Shown here: positions 50,797 to 63,532 of the stretch, in pieces
Position numbering within the stretch: the stretch's first letter is position 1
How the letters are laid out: every line of letters begins with the position of its first letter
Assembly (NCBI GenBank): GCA_963514005.1
Contig: OY740802.1
Coordinates: 38,998,001-39,062,000, forward strand
DNA from: Raja brachyura
Lineage: Eukaryota
Reading direction: 5' to 3'
Length of the DNA stretch: 64,000 nt
Translations under genes and position numbers: made by a program
The notes under the pieces: model-generated
What the model was told of the DNA's origin: nothing
The model's input: the letters and a program-made list of their open reading frames with translations, nothing else
The model's database searches: none

Positions 50797-51089
50797 TAGA
50801 GATACAGCGCGGACACAGGCCCTTTGGCCCACCAGGTCCGTGCCGACCAGCGATCCCCGCACATTAACACCATCCTACACACACACACACACACCAATTT
50901 TTACATTTACCAAGCCACTTGACCTACAAACCTGTATGCCTTTAGAGTGTGGGAGGAAAACGAAGATCTTGGAGAAAACCCACGCGGGTAAAGGGGACAA
51001 CGTGCAAACTCCACACAGACAGCAACCGCAGTCGGGATGGAACCCGGGTGTGCGGCGCTGTAAGGCAGTAGCTCCACTGCTGTGCCGCC
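50797..51089 (-). mobile_element. tRNA-derived SINE (HE1/V-SINE-like), near full length
   Basis: On the minus strand: tRNA-like head with a B-box-like gggttccatcc, central gtggagtttgcacgtt..ccc domain, and a CR1-like 3' tail (gggccaaagggcctgtgtccgcgctgtatctc). Confidence 0.8.
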
Positions 51090-52831
51090 GGTGCAGTCGA
51101 CGCATACAGCGGTGGGAACGACACCGGAAGGCTTTGCTCTTGCACCGTCTCCACAGTGGCGACTATTATCGCTGATATACATGCGCTGCCGTTCCCAGAG
51201 ACGCGGCTCCACATTGCATCCTCCCCGCTGGCCGGTGTGCCTCTGCAGCAGATGTACTCCCAGCTGCACGTGGAGCTGCTACAGATGGGAGTGGGCAGAT
51301 TTACTCTGTGCAGTATGAAAGTGACCCAGATAGTGAGGCTGCTTGTGTGGAAACAGTCTCACCTCAGTAACCTGAAAGGTACAAATGACCTCCACGTTGA
51401 ACAGTAGATCCTACACGTGAGCACAGTAGGAAATGACAGTTCCATTAATCAGGACTAATGCCTCAGCGGTAGATAGATGAGCAGACCTTGATCTGAATCC
51501 TCGGGCAGGACCAGCAAGTAAGTACCCCATTGTACTGGGAGAGTGAAGGCATGTGAGTTAATGCCCCTGTCACTGGGACAGGGCGCGTACACCTGGCTCA
51601 GATACACCTCACCAACTCCATCTGTCCTCCTGTCTTTGAAGAGACGACACACCACGTCACATCTCCCTGACATTGCTCCTGTGGTATCAGTGTGTTCCTA
51701 AAGTCAAGACCATTTCTACTCTGGAATCTGCAGCACAGCTCTCCTCGCCAGCAAGCAATGTTCAGACTGATACGTCCCTGTTAACTAATCCAAGTTGGCC
51801 ACAGGTCACCCGCCCGACAGTTGCTGTCATCAGTCAGCTGCTGCTGCCTCCCATCCGGTCGGGAGGCAGGGTCGCTGTGAACCTGCCTGGCTTCCACCGA
51901 CCCTGTAGCCCCGGCCCAACGAAACATGGGTCCGGCCAAAGACTGGCTTCACTCCTGACCGGGGAAATGAAGCAGAGTGGGGGGGGATGATGCGACACGT
52001 TCAGTTCCACTCCCGGCCCCGTACTGTACACGGCCCTGTTTCACACAGTGGAGCAGTGCTTGCCCCCAGCTTGGTGTGATCCGTACCCCCCCACAGATCC
52101 AGGGTAAAAGTCGTTCTACCCCTGCAATCTGCGAATGACTCCCGGTCTGGGGCCTTGACAAGAATCGGGGAATCAGGGCAGCATTTAATCCGGGAGCTAT
52201 CTAGACAGGGTTAACTTGTTTTCCCTGCTTTGACTCCTTGAACGACACCAACTCCCATCTTGCAATGTCATTAGCATTTCTTTTCACTGCATTCCCAGAC
52301 TTACACGTGGCACTAGCTTCTATTTGTAACCCTTTCTGAACCACTTTCTCATCGGTTTTAAGTCTTTCAACACTGGCAATGAACCCCAAACTGTGATAAA
52401 TCCCTATTAAACTTCAGCAGCGACGTCTCAAACTTCTGGGTTGGCTTACGAAATATTGGGGTCAGATTTAAACATTAGACTAGATTCTCTTCCAGTCTAA
52501 TTCTTACGTCATTCCAAAGGTATTTTCTGTCGGAGGGTGCGTTTTCTCCAGTCTAGAAATGACTAAACTTGCATTAAAAGTGTGTCACAGGAATTTGTGT
52601 ATCACTTAAGTCTCTGCTATGTAATTTTTAAAAAAAATGAGCGCAGCTGGCCCCAAAATGATCCTTCAAGGAATCTGATTTGTGTTCCCTTTGGAAGAGG
52701 AATGAGTCAGGAAGCATAGGCTCAGACCTGTGTATGATTGGCACCTCCATACTTTGGGGAAATCACCTGTGACTTTGAAAGCTGAGTAGTTGGGAGTTTC
52801 CTGCAATTCCCCAAACCCCCTCGACATGAGT

Positions 52832-52942
52832 GTTAAAGAAGGAACTGCAGATATTGGAAAATCGAGGGTACACAAAATGCTGGAGAAACTCAGTGGGTGC
52901 AGCAACCTGCTGCGCCCGCTGAGTTTCTCCAGCATTTTGTGT
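52832..52942. mobile_element. Palindromic PLE-derived short element
   Basis: Perfect 16-bp TSD ccccctcgacatgagt (52816-52831, 52943-52958). Confidence 0.82.
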
Positions 52943-54146
52943 CCCCCTCGACATGAGTCCTGGCTGAATATTGTACAGAGCACTGGTGGCATTGGATAGA
53001 CACCAAAAGCTGGAGTAACTCAGCGGGACAGGCAGCATCTCTGGAGAGAAGGAATGGGTGATGTTTCGGGTCGAGACCCTACTTCAGACCGACTGGGGAA
53101 ATGAGCCAGAGTTTAAGGAAGATCTGACTTGTTCATTCCTTCTCTCCAGAGACGCTGCCTGTCCCGCTGAGTTGCTCCAGCATTTTGGGTCTATCTTCGG
53201 TATAAACTGGCATTTACATTTCCTTCCCTACCCACAATGGTATGTAACTGCTGCTCCAGTTTGGGGTGCAGCTGAACAACAAGGGCAGGGCATTGTGTCT
53301 TGTAGTGGAGAAGGGTAAGGCAAGCTGACCAACCTGTTACTGGAACAGCAGCCTCCTGTGACCTTGCCTTGAGCTCTCCAGTGGTCCCCCTGCAGTCACC
53401 ATGATTGTGCTTGACATTTCTCGGTGCACCTGCGGTTTTGCTCCCTGCCAGCCGTCCCCTGCCATTCCTGCACAGATGCTTCCCGGCAAGCCTGTGTGAG
53501 TGAGAGTGTGAGCAGGGGGGTGCATATCCATTCATGCTGCATGCAGTTCTTTCTGCTGTGTGTTGTGCTGTGCCGTCTCAGTGGGATCCAGGTGTTGAAG
53601 CTGTGCCTGAAGGTACAGAATGCTCCATTTGAAGCACAATACCCCCCCCCCCCCCCCTTCAAATCTCCAGCCTATAATAAATCCTTGGCAATATCAAGGG
53701 AGTTTCATGCCACCAGAGCCAAAGTCTTTCTCGTGCTGTTTCTGGACGGCACAGGTTACAGCCGTTAGAGCTGCAGCTCATAGAGCTAGTGACCTGGGTT
53801 AAATCCTCACCTCAAACGCTGTCTAGATGGAGTTTGCATGTTTTCCTATGACCATGTGAATTCCCTATGCATGCTCCGGTTTCCTCTCGCATCCCAAAGA
53901 CGGGTGACTCCGAGTCCACAGTAAGGATCATTTGGTTCAGGTGGATGTAAGCAAATCCCATGGTACTGTTGGGGCAGAGGAGCATTGTCGCAGGTGAGCT
54001 GTCCAGTACCTCTCTGCCAGAACACTGACAGACATCAATGCTGCTCTGATCAATGCAAACAGCTGCTTTGTTTCCTACATTTACAATGTCGAATAATTCA
54101 ATGATGTTAAACAACCAGCGGGCATCCAACCTACTAAATAATGCCG

Positions 54147-54573
54147 CGTAACTTAGGTCTTTATTCTTTGGAGCGCAGAAGGTTAAGGGGGGACTTGATT
54201 GAGGTCTTTAAAATGATGAAAGGGATAGACAGAGTTGACATGGATAAGCTTTTCCCATTGAGGGTAGGGAAGATTCAAACAAGAGGGCATGACATGAGAA
54301 TTAAGGGACAGAAGTTTAGGGGTAACATGAGGGGGAACTTCTTTACTCAGAGAGTGGTGGCTGTGTGGAATGATCTTCCAGCAGAAGTGGTGGAGGCAGG
54401 ATCGATTTTAACATTTAAAAGTAAAGTGGATAGGTATATGGACGGGAAGGGAATGGAGGGGTATGGTCTGAGTGCAGGTAGATGGGACTAGGGGAAAATA
54501 AATGGTCGGCACAGACTGGAAGGGCCGAGAAGGCCTGTTTCCATGCTGTAATTGTTAAATGGTTATATAGTTA
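54147..54573 (+). mobile_element. CR1-clade LINE 3' fragment, same family as 11498-12226
   Basis: ORF 54141-54491 LGLYSLERRRLRGDLIEVFKMMKGIDRVD...; 3' tail tggttata-like. Confidence 0.9.
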
Positions 54574-55418
54574 ACTATGTCCTGTTTATAAAAATAAAAA
54601 CATGCAGATGCTGGTGATCCAAAATATAAGATACCCCACAGATCAGGTAGCATCTGTGAGGGGGGCAAAAAGGCTAACGATTCAGGCAAAGGCCTTCTGA
54701 CAGAACTGGGCAAAGTAAGAAAACATGTGTGTTCAATGTTTCAGATGGGAGGGATACTTTATTGTCACATGTGACTGGGCACAGTGAGATTCTTTGCTGC
54801 ATACACAATGTATACAAATAGTAGCCACCTATGGCACTGATAAAGTTACAAAGCACGTTGGCTCCCCCTTTTGTTCCCCCTCCCATTCACCACAGCAGTG
54901 CCCCAGGCCAGGTCCTCCATTGTTCATCCCCCCTCCCCCCCCACAGTGGTCCTCCACGCTCTCATCGACACCACCACGAGACATCGCCACTGACGACGCC
55001 CCACTTCACGCCTCCACGGTGCCGACCTGGGCTCCAGCCGCGGGCTCCGTGGCCCGCTTTGCCCGACCCAGGCTTCTACCCGCGAGGACACAGCGCCTCG
55101 ATAAAGACGTTCGGCTGCGTTCCCAGTCGACGGCCACAGCGGAAGGGCCGAACGAGAATGAGATGAGTGGAAACCAGATAACACAGGCACACACCATTGC
55201 CAAGGTGTGAATAAATAGAGGTCCATGAGGGCAGAAGAAAGAAAGGGAAGTCTCACACTCCTACAGGCAACTTGAACTAACAGAGACTGCTGGAATTGCC
55301 TCAGGAGCGTTCCAATCCATGGCTCAACACAACTCAATAATTCCAGGTAACCAGCCTGTCACATAATGCTGGAGTAACTCAGCGGGTCAGGCAGTACCTG
55401 GAGATAAAAGGAGTAGGT

Positions 55419-55446
55419 GACGTTTCAGGTTGAGACCCTTCTTCAG
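55419..55446 (-). ncRNA. Minimal hammerhead ribozyme-like motif (PLE-associated)
   Basis: Minus strand reads CUGAAGA-A-GGGU(CUCA)ACCU-GAAAC-GUC. Confidence 0.55.
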
Positions 55447-56008
55447 ACAGAATCAGCCTGGGCAGGTTGTGTTAGAACACCCATTCTGGTGAGAATCAAC
55501 AAATTCCGATATTGCGTTCTCCCCACTGATCCTACCTGATCAAATTTCCAGTAACTGGTGTTTTTTGGCTTTTGGTAAAATCTACAGTTTGGTTTGTTTT
55601 CCCCCCTCCTTGCATCTCTCCCTCTATTTGCAGCCTTTGCAGTGGGTCAGCCGTGATTCACAAGTCTCACACCTTCTCTCCACCAACACCACTGCTTATC
55701 CATCTACCTGGAACACTCATCGTTTTTCACTGACCACAGAGGCTGCCTGACCTGCTGAGTATTTCCAGCATTTTCTGGTTAACTTTCTTTCCGTACAGCC
55801 TGCTGAATGTCAGGCTCTGGAGGGAATGTTTTCTAAGTTGCCTCTTGGTAACAATGCCTTTTTTTAGACCGTAGCAGAATAATTCGACTTCGCTAGACTT
55901 GTCACTGAAACATCACACGTTCTTCTGTTAAAACCAGGAACAAACCTAGACGTGTGATGTACATTCTGTGAGAGGCAAGCAGCCTTGGCAAGGTGGCCAA
56001 TTCACAGC

Positions 56009-56543
56009 AAGATTCAAGCTTCAAGAGAGTTTATTGTCATGTGTCCCTGATAGGACAATGAAATTCTTGCTTTGCTTCAGCTTAACAGAACATAGTAGGC
56101 ATGACTACAAAACTGATCAGTGTGCCCATACACCATTATATAAATATATACACACATGAATAAATAAACTGATAAAGTGCAAATAAACAGATAATGGGCT
56201 ATTAATGTTCAAGTTTTGTCTGAGCCAAGTTTAATAGCCTGATGGCTGTGGGGAAGTAGCTATTCCTGAACCTGGTCGTTGCAGTCCTCAGGCTCCTGCA
56301 CCTTCTACCTGAAGGTAGCAAGGAGATGAGTGTGTGGCCAGGATGGTGTGGGTCCTTGTTGATGCTGCCAGCCTTTTTGAGGCAGCGACTGCAATAGATC
56401 CCCTCGATGGAAGGGAGGTCAGAGCCGATGATGGACTAGGCAGTGTTTACTACTTTCTGGAGTCTTTTCCTCTCCAGGTCGCTCAAGTTGCCGAACCAAG
56501 CCACGATGCAACCGGTCAGCAAGCTCTCTACTGTGCACCTGTA
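56009..56543 (-). mobile_element. Rex1/Babar-like LINE 3' fragment
   Basis: tttattgtcatgtg...gaaattcttgcttt tail and agcctgatggctgtggggaagtagct...tactgtgcacctgta ORF2-end pattern. Confidence 0.6.
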
Positions 56544-56683
56544 AAAAGGATCAAAAGACACAAACGCTCATACACTTAGATCGACGGGTAAACTTGGCCC
56601 AAGAATGTACATTCGCACACTCCTGCACTCATCTCTGGCGTAAAGTGTAGTACAAGTGAGGTAGCCATTCCAAGCACAATGCA

Positions 56684-56710
56684 GCTCCCTCCAGTGGCTA
56701 GCGATACTGC
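56684..56710 (-). promoter_or_regulatory. Candidate CTCF site with upstream motif
   Basis: Minus strand GCAGTAT-cgctag-CCACTGGAGGGAGC. Motif match only. Confidence 0.45.
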
Positions 56711-57134
56711 CACCGTATCAAACTGAAGTCTCTCTGTCCACATTGGCAGATCTTGGTTAAACTAAAATTTGTGACACCTTTGCGTTGTCAGTTGAAGGGG
56801 AAGAGGGCAAGGAGATTTTGGATAGGGATCAAGGGGAACGCTGTTGCTTGCCCCTCGCATGCTGAAGAGGAGCAGAGCTCTAGATGAGTGTTGCTAATGA
56901 AGAGGTCAGACATGTTGACATTCACGCGTGTCTGCAGTGTTCTGTCACCTCCAGACGCACTTCCCCGCTCGTCAGCCTCTGGGGATACAGTGTGTATGAA
57001 GGAACTGCAGGTGCTGGTTTAAACCGAAGATAGTCACAAAATGCTGGAGTAACTCAGCCGGCCGGCCGGCCGGGCAGCATCTCTGGAGAGAAGGAATGGG
57101 ATATAGTGCTTGGGGGCGGTACATTGGAGCAATC

Positions 57135-57165
57135 GCACCACCTACTGGACACAGCGTTCATTGCA
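57135..57165 (-). promoter_or_regulatory. Candidate CTCF site with upstream motif
   Basis: Minus strand TGCAATG-aacgctgtgt-CCAGTAGGTGGTGC, compared with consensus CCASYAGRKGGCRS and the TGCARY upstream motif. Motif match only. Confidence 0.5.
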
Positions 57166-59288
57166 GTCACTTCTCAATCCCAGGATCAGCGAGAGGCTCC
57201 TGAGCGCACCTGCTTCCTGTAAAAAAGAATGGCCAAGATTTGTTTGGAATGGGTCAGTGGTTTAAAATCTTTTTGGAGAGTGCCTTTATCAACTTTTGTT
57301 GTTCAGTCGAATATCTCTTCACAGCCCAGACACTTGTAGACGCTGTTGATCAATGGATAGAAGGAGAAAATGCTGTGTGCTTTTCATTTTGACTCCTTAT
57401 CCTTTAGTATGAACATTGCAGCCATTTGCATAGTCTATGAATGTTGCTTTTATTTGTTGCGTGTCTGGCTCTGATGACAATCCATGTATTGAGATAAATA
57501 GAGGGAGTGGAGGAAGGAACTGCAGATGCTGGTTTACATCGAAGATGGACACAAAATGTTGTAACTCAGCGGGACAGGCAGCATCTCTGGATAGAAGGAA
57601 TATGGGTGCCATTTCCGATCCAGGCCCTTCTTCAGACCCAGGTGTCGGCCCCATTCCCTCCTATCCAGAGATGCTGCTTGTCCCGCTGAGTTACTCCAGT
57701 ATTTTGTGTCTAATTAGGGAGGGAGTGACTGGGAATGACAGACACCAGAGTGGGATTAACTGGGGCACAGTGGACACCACAGAATGAAGAGATCCTTCCC
57801 CAGGGAGGGGGTATATTGATCCAATGTACTGTGTTCCTCCTGCGAGAGAACCCTGTATACTATTTTGGAAAGGGCTGTAAATTATTTAATGCCTTTATGC
57901 AACAGCTGAGTTAGAGATGTGGGTGGGAGCGCTGGGAGGCAATTGAATGTTCAATGCTCTTATAAAACAGCTCTGTGGGCTTTGCATTCCTCAATGATAC
58001 ACAGCCTGCAGGATACGCATGGCCACTCACTGCTTCATCCTCACTCCCACGTGGACTTTTCTTAGCGCTAAACCATAAGAACAGAAAATGGGTGCAAAAA
58101 TATACCACTCAGCCTCTCATGCCTGTATATGTATCATGGCTGATCAATGCTGGCCTTGACTCCTCTTCTGTGCCAGTTCCCCATAATCCGCAGGCCTTGC
58201 TTCTGAATTGTCGGCTTTCAAAAATACTTACTCAAATATCTTCAGTTTTCAAAAAGGAATGAACAGATTGGTAATGGTTTCCTATTGTCATGTGTTCTGA
58301 GGTGCAGTGGTAAAACGTTGGTATCCAGGCAGATCATGTCATGCATCAAACCAAAAATACCGGTGTTCAGAATATAGTGTCACAGCTACAGAGAAAGTGC
58401 AGATAAATAAAATGCAAAGGCTGCAACATGATAGATTGGAAAAACCGGAATGAATTCTCAGCGTAGAGAGGTACGTTTAAGCATCTGATAAGAGTGGAGA
58501 AGAAACTATACCCGAATCTGGTGCTACAATACCAAGCTTTCAACCTTTTGTATCTTCTGCCCAACATGATCGGGATGCGAGTGGTCTTTGTTTCTCATCA
58601 TCATAATCATACTTTATTAGCCAAGTATGTTTTGCAACGTACGAGGAATTTGATTTGCCATACGGTCACACCAATAAAAAGCAACAAGACACAAAAAAAT
58701 ACATTTTAACATGAACACCCCCCACAGTGATTCCTCCACATTCCTCACTGTGATGGAAGGCGGGACAAAAACCCCCAGCTGTTGGCTGCTTTCCCAAGGC
58801 AGCATGAGGTGCAGAAGGAGTTGATGAGAGATTGCTGGAGTTGGATTGTAGAACACGTTCACCTCCTTTCCCTCTGCTCACTCTCACACCCTCCTGTCCC
58901 ATGTCCACTATGGGGTATGCTCATCACTTCCTCACTCTACCCTGGGCCTTCTCTGCTGGCTGGGGTGGGAGAGGGAGCAAGAACCTGTCCCTTTCCATCT
59001 GGCCATGGAATGAAGTGGCCTGGGAGAAGTTCACCAATGTTGTTGAACCACACAACTGCTGGATCAGGGCAACGTACAGATTGTAAAGGACAGGCTAAAC
59101 ACTGGGATCGAGCGACGGTGGGGTTTTGCCTGGGGCATTTTTAGGCTTTGTTGTGCCTGTAAAGAATAAGGAATAATTGATTAAAGAAAGTGTGCAGTGT
59201 GAGAGAAGAGAGACAGATTTAGGGCCAACTATTTTGTGGAAGATAATGGGCAAGCTGGACTGTTTGCAACAAATCACCTGTCTGTGCT

Positions 59289-59508
59289 TAAGAAGGAACT
59301 GCAGATGCTGGACAATCGAAGGTAGACAAAAGTGCTGGAGAAACTCAGCGGGTGCGGCAGCATCTATGGAGCGAAGGAAATAGGCAACGTTTCGGGCCGA
59401 GACCCAAGGGTTTCGGCCCGAAACGTTGCCTATTTCCTTCAACGTTGCCTATTTCCTTCGCTCCATAGATGCTGCTGCACCCGCTGATTTTCTCCAGCAC
59501 TTTTATCT
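59289..59508. mobile_element. Palindromic PLE-derived short element
   Basis: Near-perfect inverted arms; 13-bp direct repeat acctgtctgtgct (59276-59288, 59509-59521). Confidence 0.8.
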
Positions 59509-59987
59509 ACCTGTCTGTGCTGCAGTTCAGACCCCAGAGCAGCTAATGAGAGATGGTACAATTTCACTCAGCTTCTGGTTACCCAGTCTGATGCCCAGCC
59601 CGTACCCAAGCAGAAAGTGTTTCAATCCTCAACATCATATTAACCAACATACGACGAGAGAGATGCTTGGAGCACAGTCACTGCTGCTAATCACATCAGA
59701 CAGTTTGCAGGCTGCAAGATTTCACAGTCTTCAATGTGGGAATACGGGATAATCTGTGTTAGGAATATTGATTGAATATTGCTGGATGAATACTGGCCTG
59801 GCCTTGGGAGAGGGAGCTGGGACGGGTGGCCTCCAGACAATTTCCCTGCTCCTGCCCAGCGTTGTACAACCATTCACTGCCACCAAGGAGTAAACAGGAT
59901 CATAATCGCTCGGTCGAAGGGGCATTGTCTATATTCTTCTGCCCTTTGAGGTTTTTAAATTGTCTGAAGAAAGAGTCATAGAAACAT

Positions 59988-60425
59988 AGCATTCCTCACT
60001 ATGATGGAAGGCGAAATAAAGTTCAAGTCCCTTAGCCTTAGTTCTTCCTCGGTCGTAGGCCTCGAGCCTCTGTTGACGGGACGGTCTTGACTCCCGTAGC
60101 CAGCGGTGTTCGGACCCTCCGCGTCGAGGCGATGAACCAGGCAATGTATCCGCTCTGATGTTAAGTCCGCGCCCCGCGGTGGGGCTCACGACAGTCCGAG
60201 GAGGCTCCCAGCTCCAGCGATGGTAGGCCGCAGAGCCCGGAGAATGTGATCCGAAAAATAATCACATCTCCGGCAAGGTAGGAACCCGAAAAAAAGTTTC
60301 CCCCTCCCCCCTCCCCCCACATAAAACAAACCGAAGAACATTAAAACAAAAACTTTTAATAAACTAAAAAATAACAAGAAGTGTGAAAAGACAGACTGCC
60401 GGTAGGGTAGGGCTGCCATCTCCCC
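59988..60425. repeat. Unclassified CpG-rich interspersed repeat
   Basis: cattcctcactRtgatggaaggcg is shared with 58739-58762; CpG-rich relative to flanks. Confidence 0.45.
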
Positions 60426-60833
60426 GGCGACCCTGGGGTCTCTAAGGCAGGAGGCTCTGATCCATGCTCATCTGGTTGGGCATTTCAGCCTGTTAGACTT
60501 CAGCAACTGGGTAATCTGCCGGTCTAAATGATGCTAGTCGAGTGATGCCTGGGTGCTGGGTGTGTTTTGGTCTTGTCCAGGGTGCTAATTCCATCGCGTT
60601 AATGCAGAATATATATTGGAATATTTAACTGTGCAAATGCAAAGCTGGCTGAAGTAATGGTCCCGTTAGCTGTCCCGAGAGCAATTTGTCAACAATCAAT
60701 TGATGGATACATACTCCACTGAAGTATTTTGATGATCCTTTTGCCTAGCTCCATAGATAATTAAGAATGAAGGAATCTTAAGTTAATTCAACAGTGAGTT
60801 TTGGACTCTCAAGCTAGATACAGTTTAATGGTT

Positions 60834-61072
60834 AGGAAGGAACTGCAGATGCGGGTTTACACCAAAGATAGACACAAAATGCTGGAGTAACTCAGCTGGG
60901 TCAGGCAGCATCTCTGGAGAAAAGGAGTAGGTGACATTTCGGGTTGAGGCCCTTTTTCATTCTGCTTGCAGGAGGGAAGTCTGAAGACGAGTCTCGACCC
61001 GAAACGACACCTATTTATTTTCTCCCAAGATGCTGCCTGACCCGCTGAGTTACTCCAGCATTTTGTGTCTAA
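60834..61072. mobile_element. Palindromic PLE-derived short element
   Basis: tagacacaaaatgctggagtaactcagc ... gctgagttactccagcattttgtgtcta. Similar copies also at ~1-33, 3333, 6505, 6820, 13590, 32050, 36290, 42756, 52995, 55363, 56990, 57510, 61782 and 63167. Confidence 0.8.
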
Positions 61073-62089
61073 TTTCAGTTTAGTGGATCACTGACTCTTC
61101 TCCCGAGAGCAGCAGTCTGAGGTGCAGCTGGGAGATGACAGTTTTGAGACCAATCTCAACACTGGCTGCCAGAAGGTAAAGGGCAGGACCATAGATGTCT
61201 GGTGTTCTTGTCATTGCCAGGATGTGCATTGACAAAGCAGTAATACGTAAGGTGCTTCCACTTTGCATGGGCATCTGAGATCAATGTTTGCCACGGGGCA
61301 GCGCATGGGCTTTTGGGGAAGGGGCGATGAGGTGAGTATGTTAATGGGAGGATGCTGAGGAATGTGGAGAACAGGAACTTGTTCAGCCATCTCAACACAG
61401 CAAACCAGCAAGTTGGGTAAGAAGGCATCCAAGACTCTTAGGATGTGCCAGAGGTTCCCAACATCAGTCGGGGCAGTGTTGAGGCGCGGTGTACATTGCG
61501 GGAAGGATATGAGAGCGCTGCAGCACGACAGGGTTATACAACATGGAAACATGCAGCAGTGGTGTGGTGCAGAGCCGGGCAGTTTGAGTGGTCATTGGTG
61601 GGGAACATTGAATTAAGGAGTTTGCGTTTAGTTAATTCTCACGTGTACGGAGGCAGAGTGAAAAGCTTTTGTTGCCTGCTATCCAGTCAGCAAAATGACA
61701 ACACATGATTACAATCATACGATCCACAGTGTACAGATACATGATAATGGGAATAACATGAATAAGGTAAAGTCCGATCATGGAAGGAACTGCAGATGCT
61801 GGTTTACACCAAAGACAGACACAAAATGCTGGAGTAACTCGGCGGGTCAGGCAGCATCTCTGGAGAAAAGGAATAGGTGACATTTTGGGTCGAGACCTTC
61901 TTCAGTCTGATTGCAGGAGAGAAGCCTCCAATGAGGTAGATAGTAGCTCAGGACACACGAGTTGTGGTCGGACGGTACAGTTGCCTCGTGACAGCTGGCA
62001 TAAGCATCAGGGGACCAGAGGCCAAAAGAATGCAGAGGAAGACCAATATCTCGTGGCAGTCAGTAAATCGGCACGAGGCAAGAGGCTGC

Positions 62090-62600
62090 AGCAAAAAAAC
62101 AGACCGTTGGAGGAAGCCAGCGGGCCAGGCAGCATCTGGGGAGGCAGTGGAATGGTCGATGTTTCCAAGGGTGTGGCGGACTTAAATATGGAAGGTTGAA
62201 CAGGGTGGAGAAGGTAGGACCAGGTGGGAGAGGGGATAGGAAAAGTGAAGCATGGGGCGAGAAAACCAGGAATATAAATTGCCGAGAGGGGAGGGGAGGG
62301 CAACGTCTGGGTAATGGGTTGGGGGAGAAGGGATGGAGCAGTAAGCAGACAGAGCGAGATCCTCGATGGACTGGCATAAGTGGGAAAGGAAGAAGGGGAG
62401 TGGATCACCTGAAGTTGGAATATTGATATTCATGGCTGTGGGCTGTGCAGAATGATGTGGTGTTCCTCCAGTTTGTGTTTGTCCTCATTGTGGTAGTGGA
62501 GACGGTCAAGGAGCGATGGGTCGATGGGAAGGGGAGATGAAATGTCATGAATGTGCAAGCCCAAGATGGCCACTGTGGACAGAGCTCTGCACGGCGGATG
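62090..62600 (-). mobile_element. Degenerate PLE 3' fragment
   Basis: cacctgaagttggaatattgatattcat...gtgttcctccagtttg, homologous to the PLE GIY-YIG end on the minus strand. Confidence 0.55.
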
Positions 62601-63532
62601 CCCAGGTCAACACTTGGTCTCAACGATGTTTCTTCTCTATTATGTTCACTGTCCCCACCCCCACATGCCTTCATCTGCCCATCCTCCTCCCCACCCCCAT
62701 CTCACGTACAGTCTGTGCCTGATCCCTCCATCTCACCTCTATACACTGTCTGTCTTCCCTCCTCACTGTGAGTCCTGATGCAGGGCCAATTGCCCATCCT
62801 TTTGTCTCCACAGATGCTGCTCAACCTGCTGGGTTTTCCAGCAGTTTGCGTTTTGCTGCAATAAGTAGAGAGCATGGTGATGTGTATAGAGGCTACACTG
62901 TGATGGAGCCTTTGTTCCCAGTCTGAGAAAGATTGCCATGGATTTTAAATAATGTATCCTGCTGTTCCTGCTGTTCAGCCATCAGAGCAATACCTCATCC
63001 ATGTTCTTCCTATAACATGTCCTCTCATTCCCATCAACTCCACCCAGACTCTCCCACCCACCTGCACAAGGGCTAATTGACAATAGCAACTCGACGCGGC
63101 TAAGATGCACAGGTGCTCTGGGACTGTCAGTGTGCCTGGGGTCAAATGGCCAAGCCAGTCCCACCGGAGATAGACACAAGATGCTGGAGTGATTCAGCGG
63201 GACAGGCAGCAGTTCTGGAGAGAAGGAATGGGTGACGCCTCGACCCGAATCATCACCCATTCCTTCTCCCCAGAGATGCCGCTGTCCCACTGAGTTACTC
63301 TAGCGTTTTGTGTCTATCTTCAACATTAACAGTGAGTGGGAGTGGATCACAGCTCATCTGAGTCGTAAATGGCCAACCCCTTATCTTTGAACTGTGACCC
63401 CCCTGGTTCTGGACTCCCCCAGCATAAGGAGCATGTTTCCTGCATCTAGCCTGATTATTGGATATGTTTCTGCAAGGCTGGGCCCCTGAGTGGAAGGACC
63501 CAACTGACTGCCTCTCTTCTCTTGTCTTCCAG

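Noticed and set aside
53941-53993. Exon-like segment ag|GTGGAT...GCAG|gtgagc
   Set aside because: 53 nt (frame-breaking) and no similarity to the expected peptide.
60952-60990. ttctgcttgcag|GAG GGA AGT CTG (EGSL) looks like the start of the missing PMEPA1 middle exon
   Set aside because: It lies at the centre of a palindromic PLE repeat and matches that repeat's ttcagactgatgcagg sequence; no WPS follows and there is no suitable donor.
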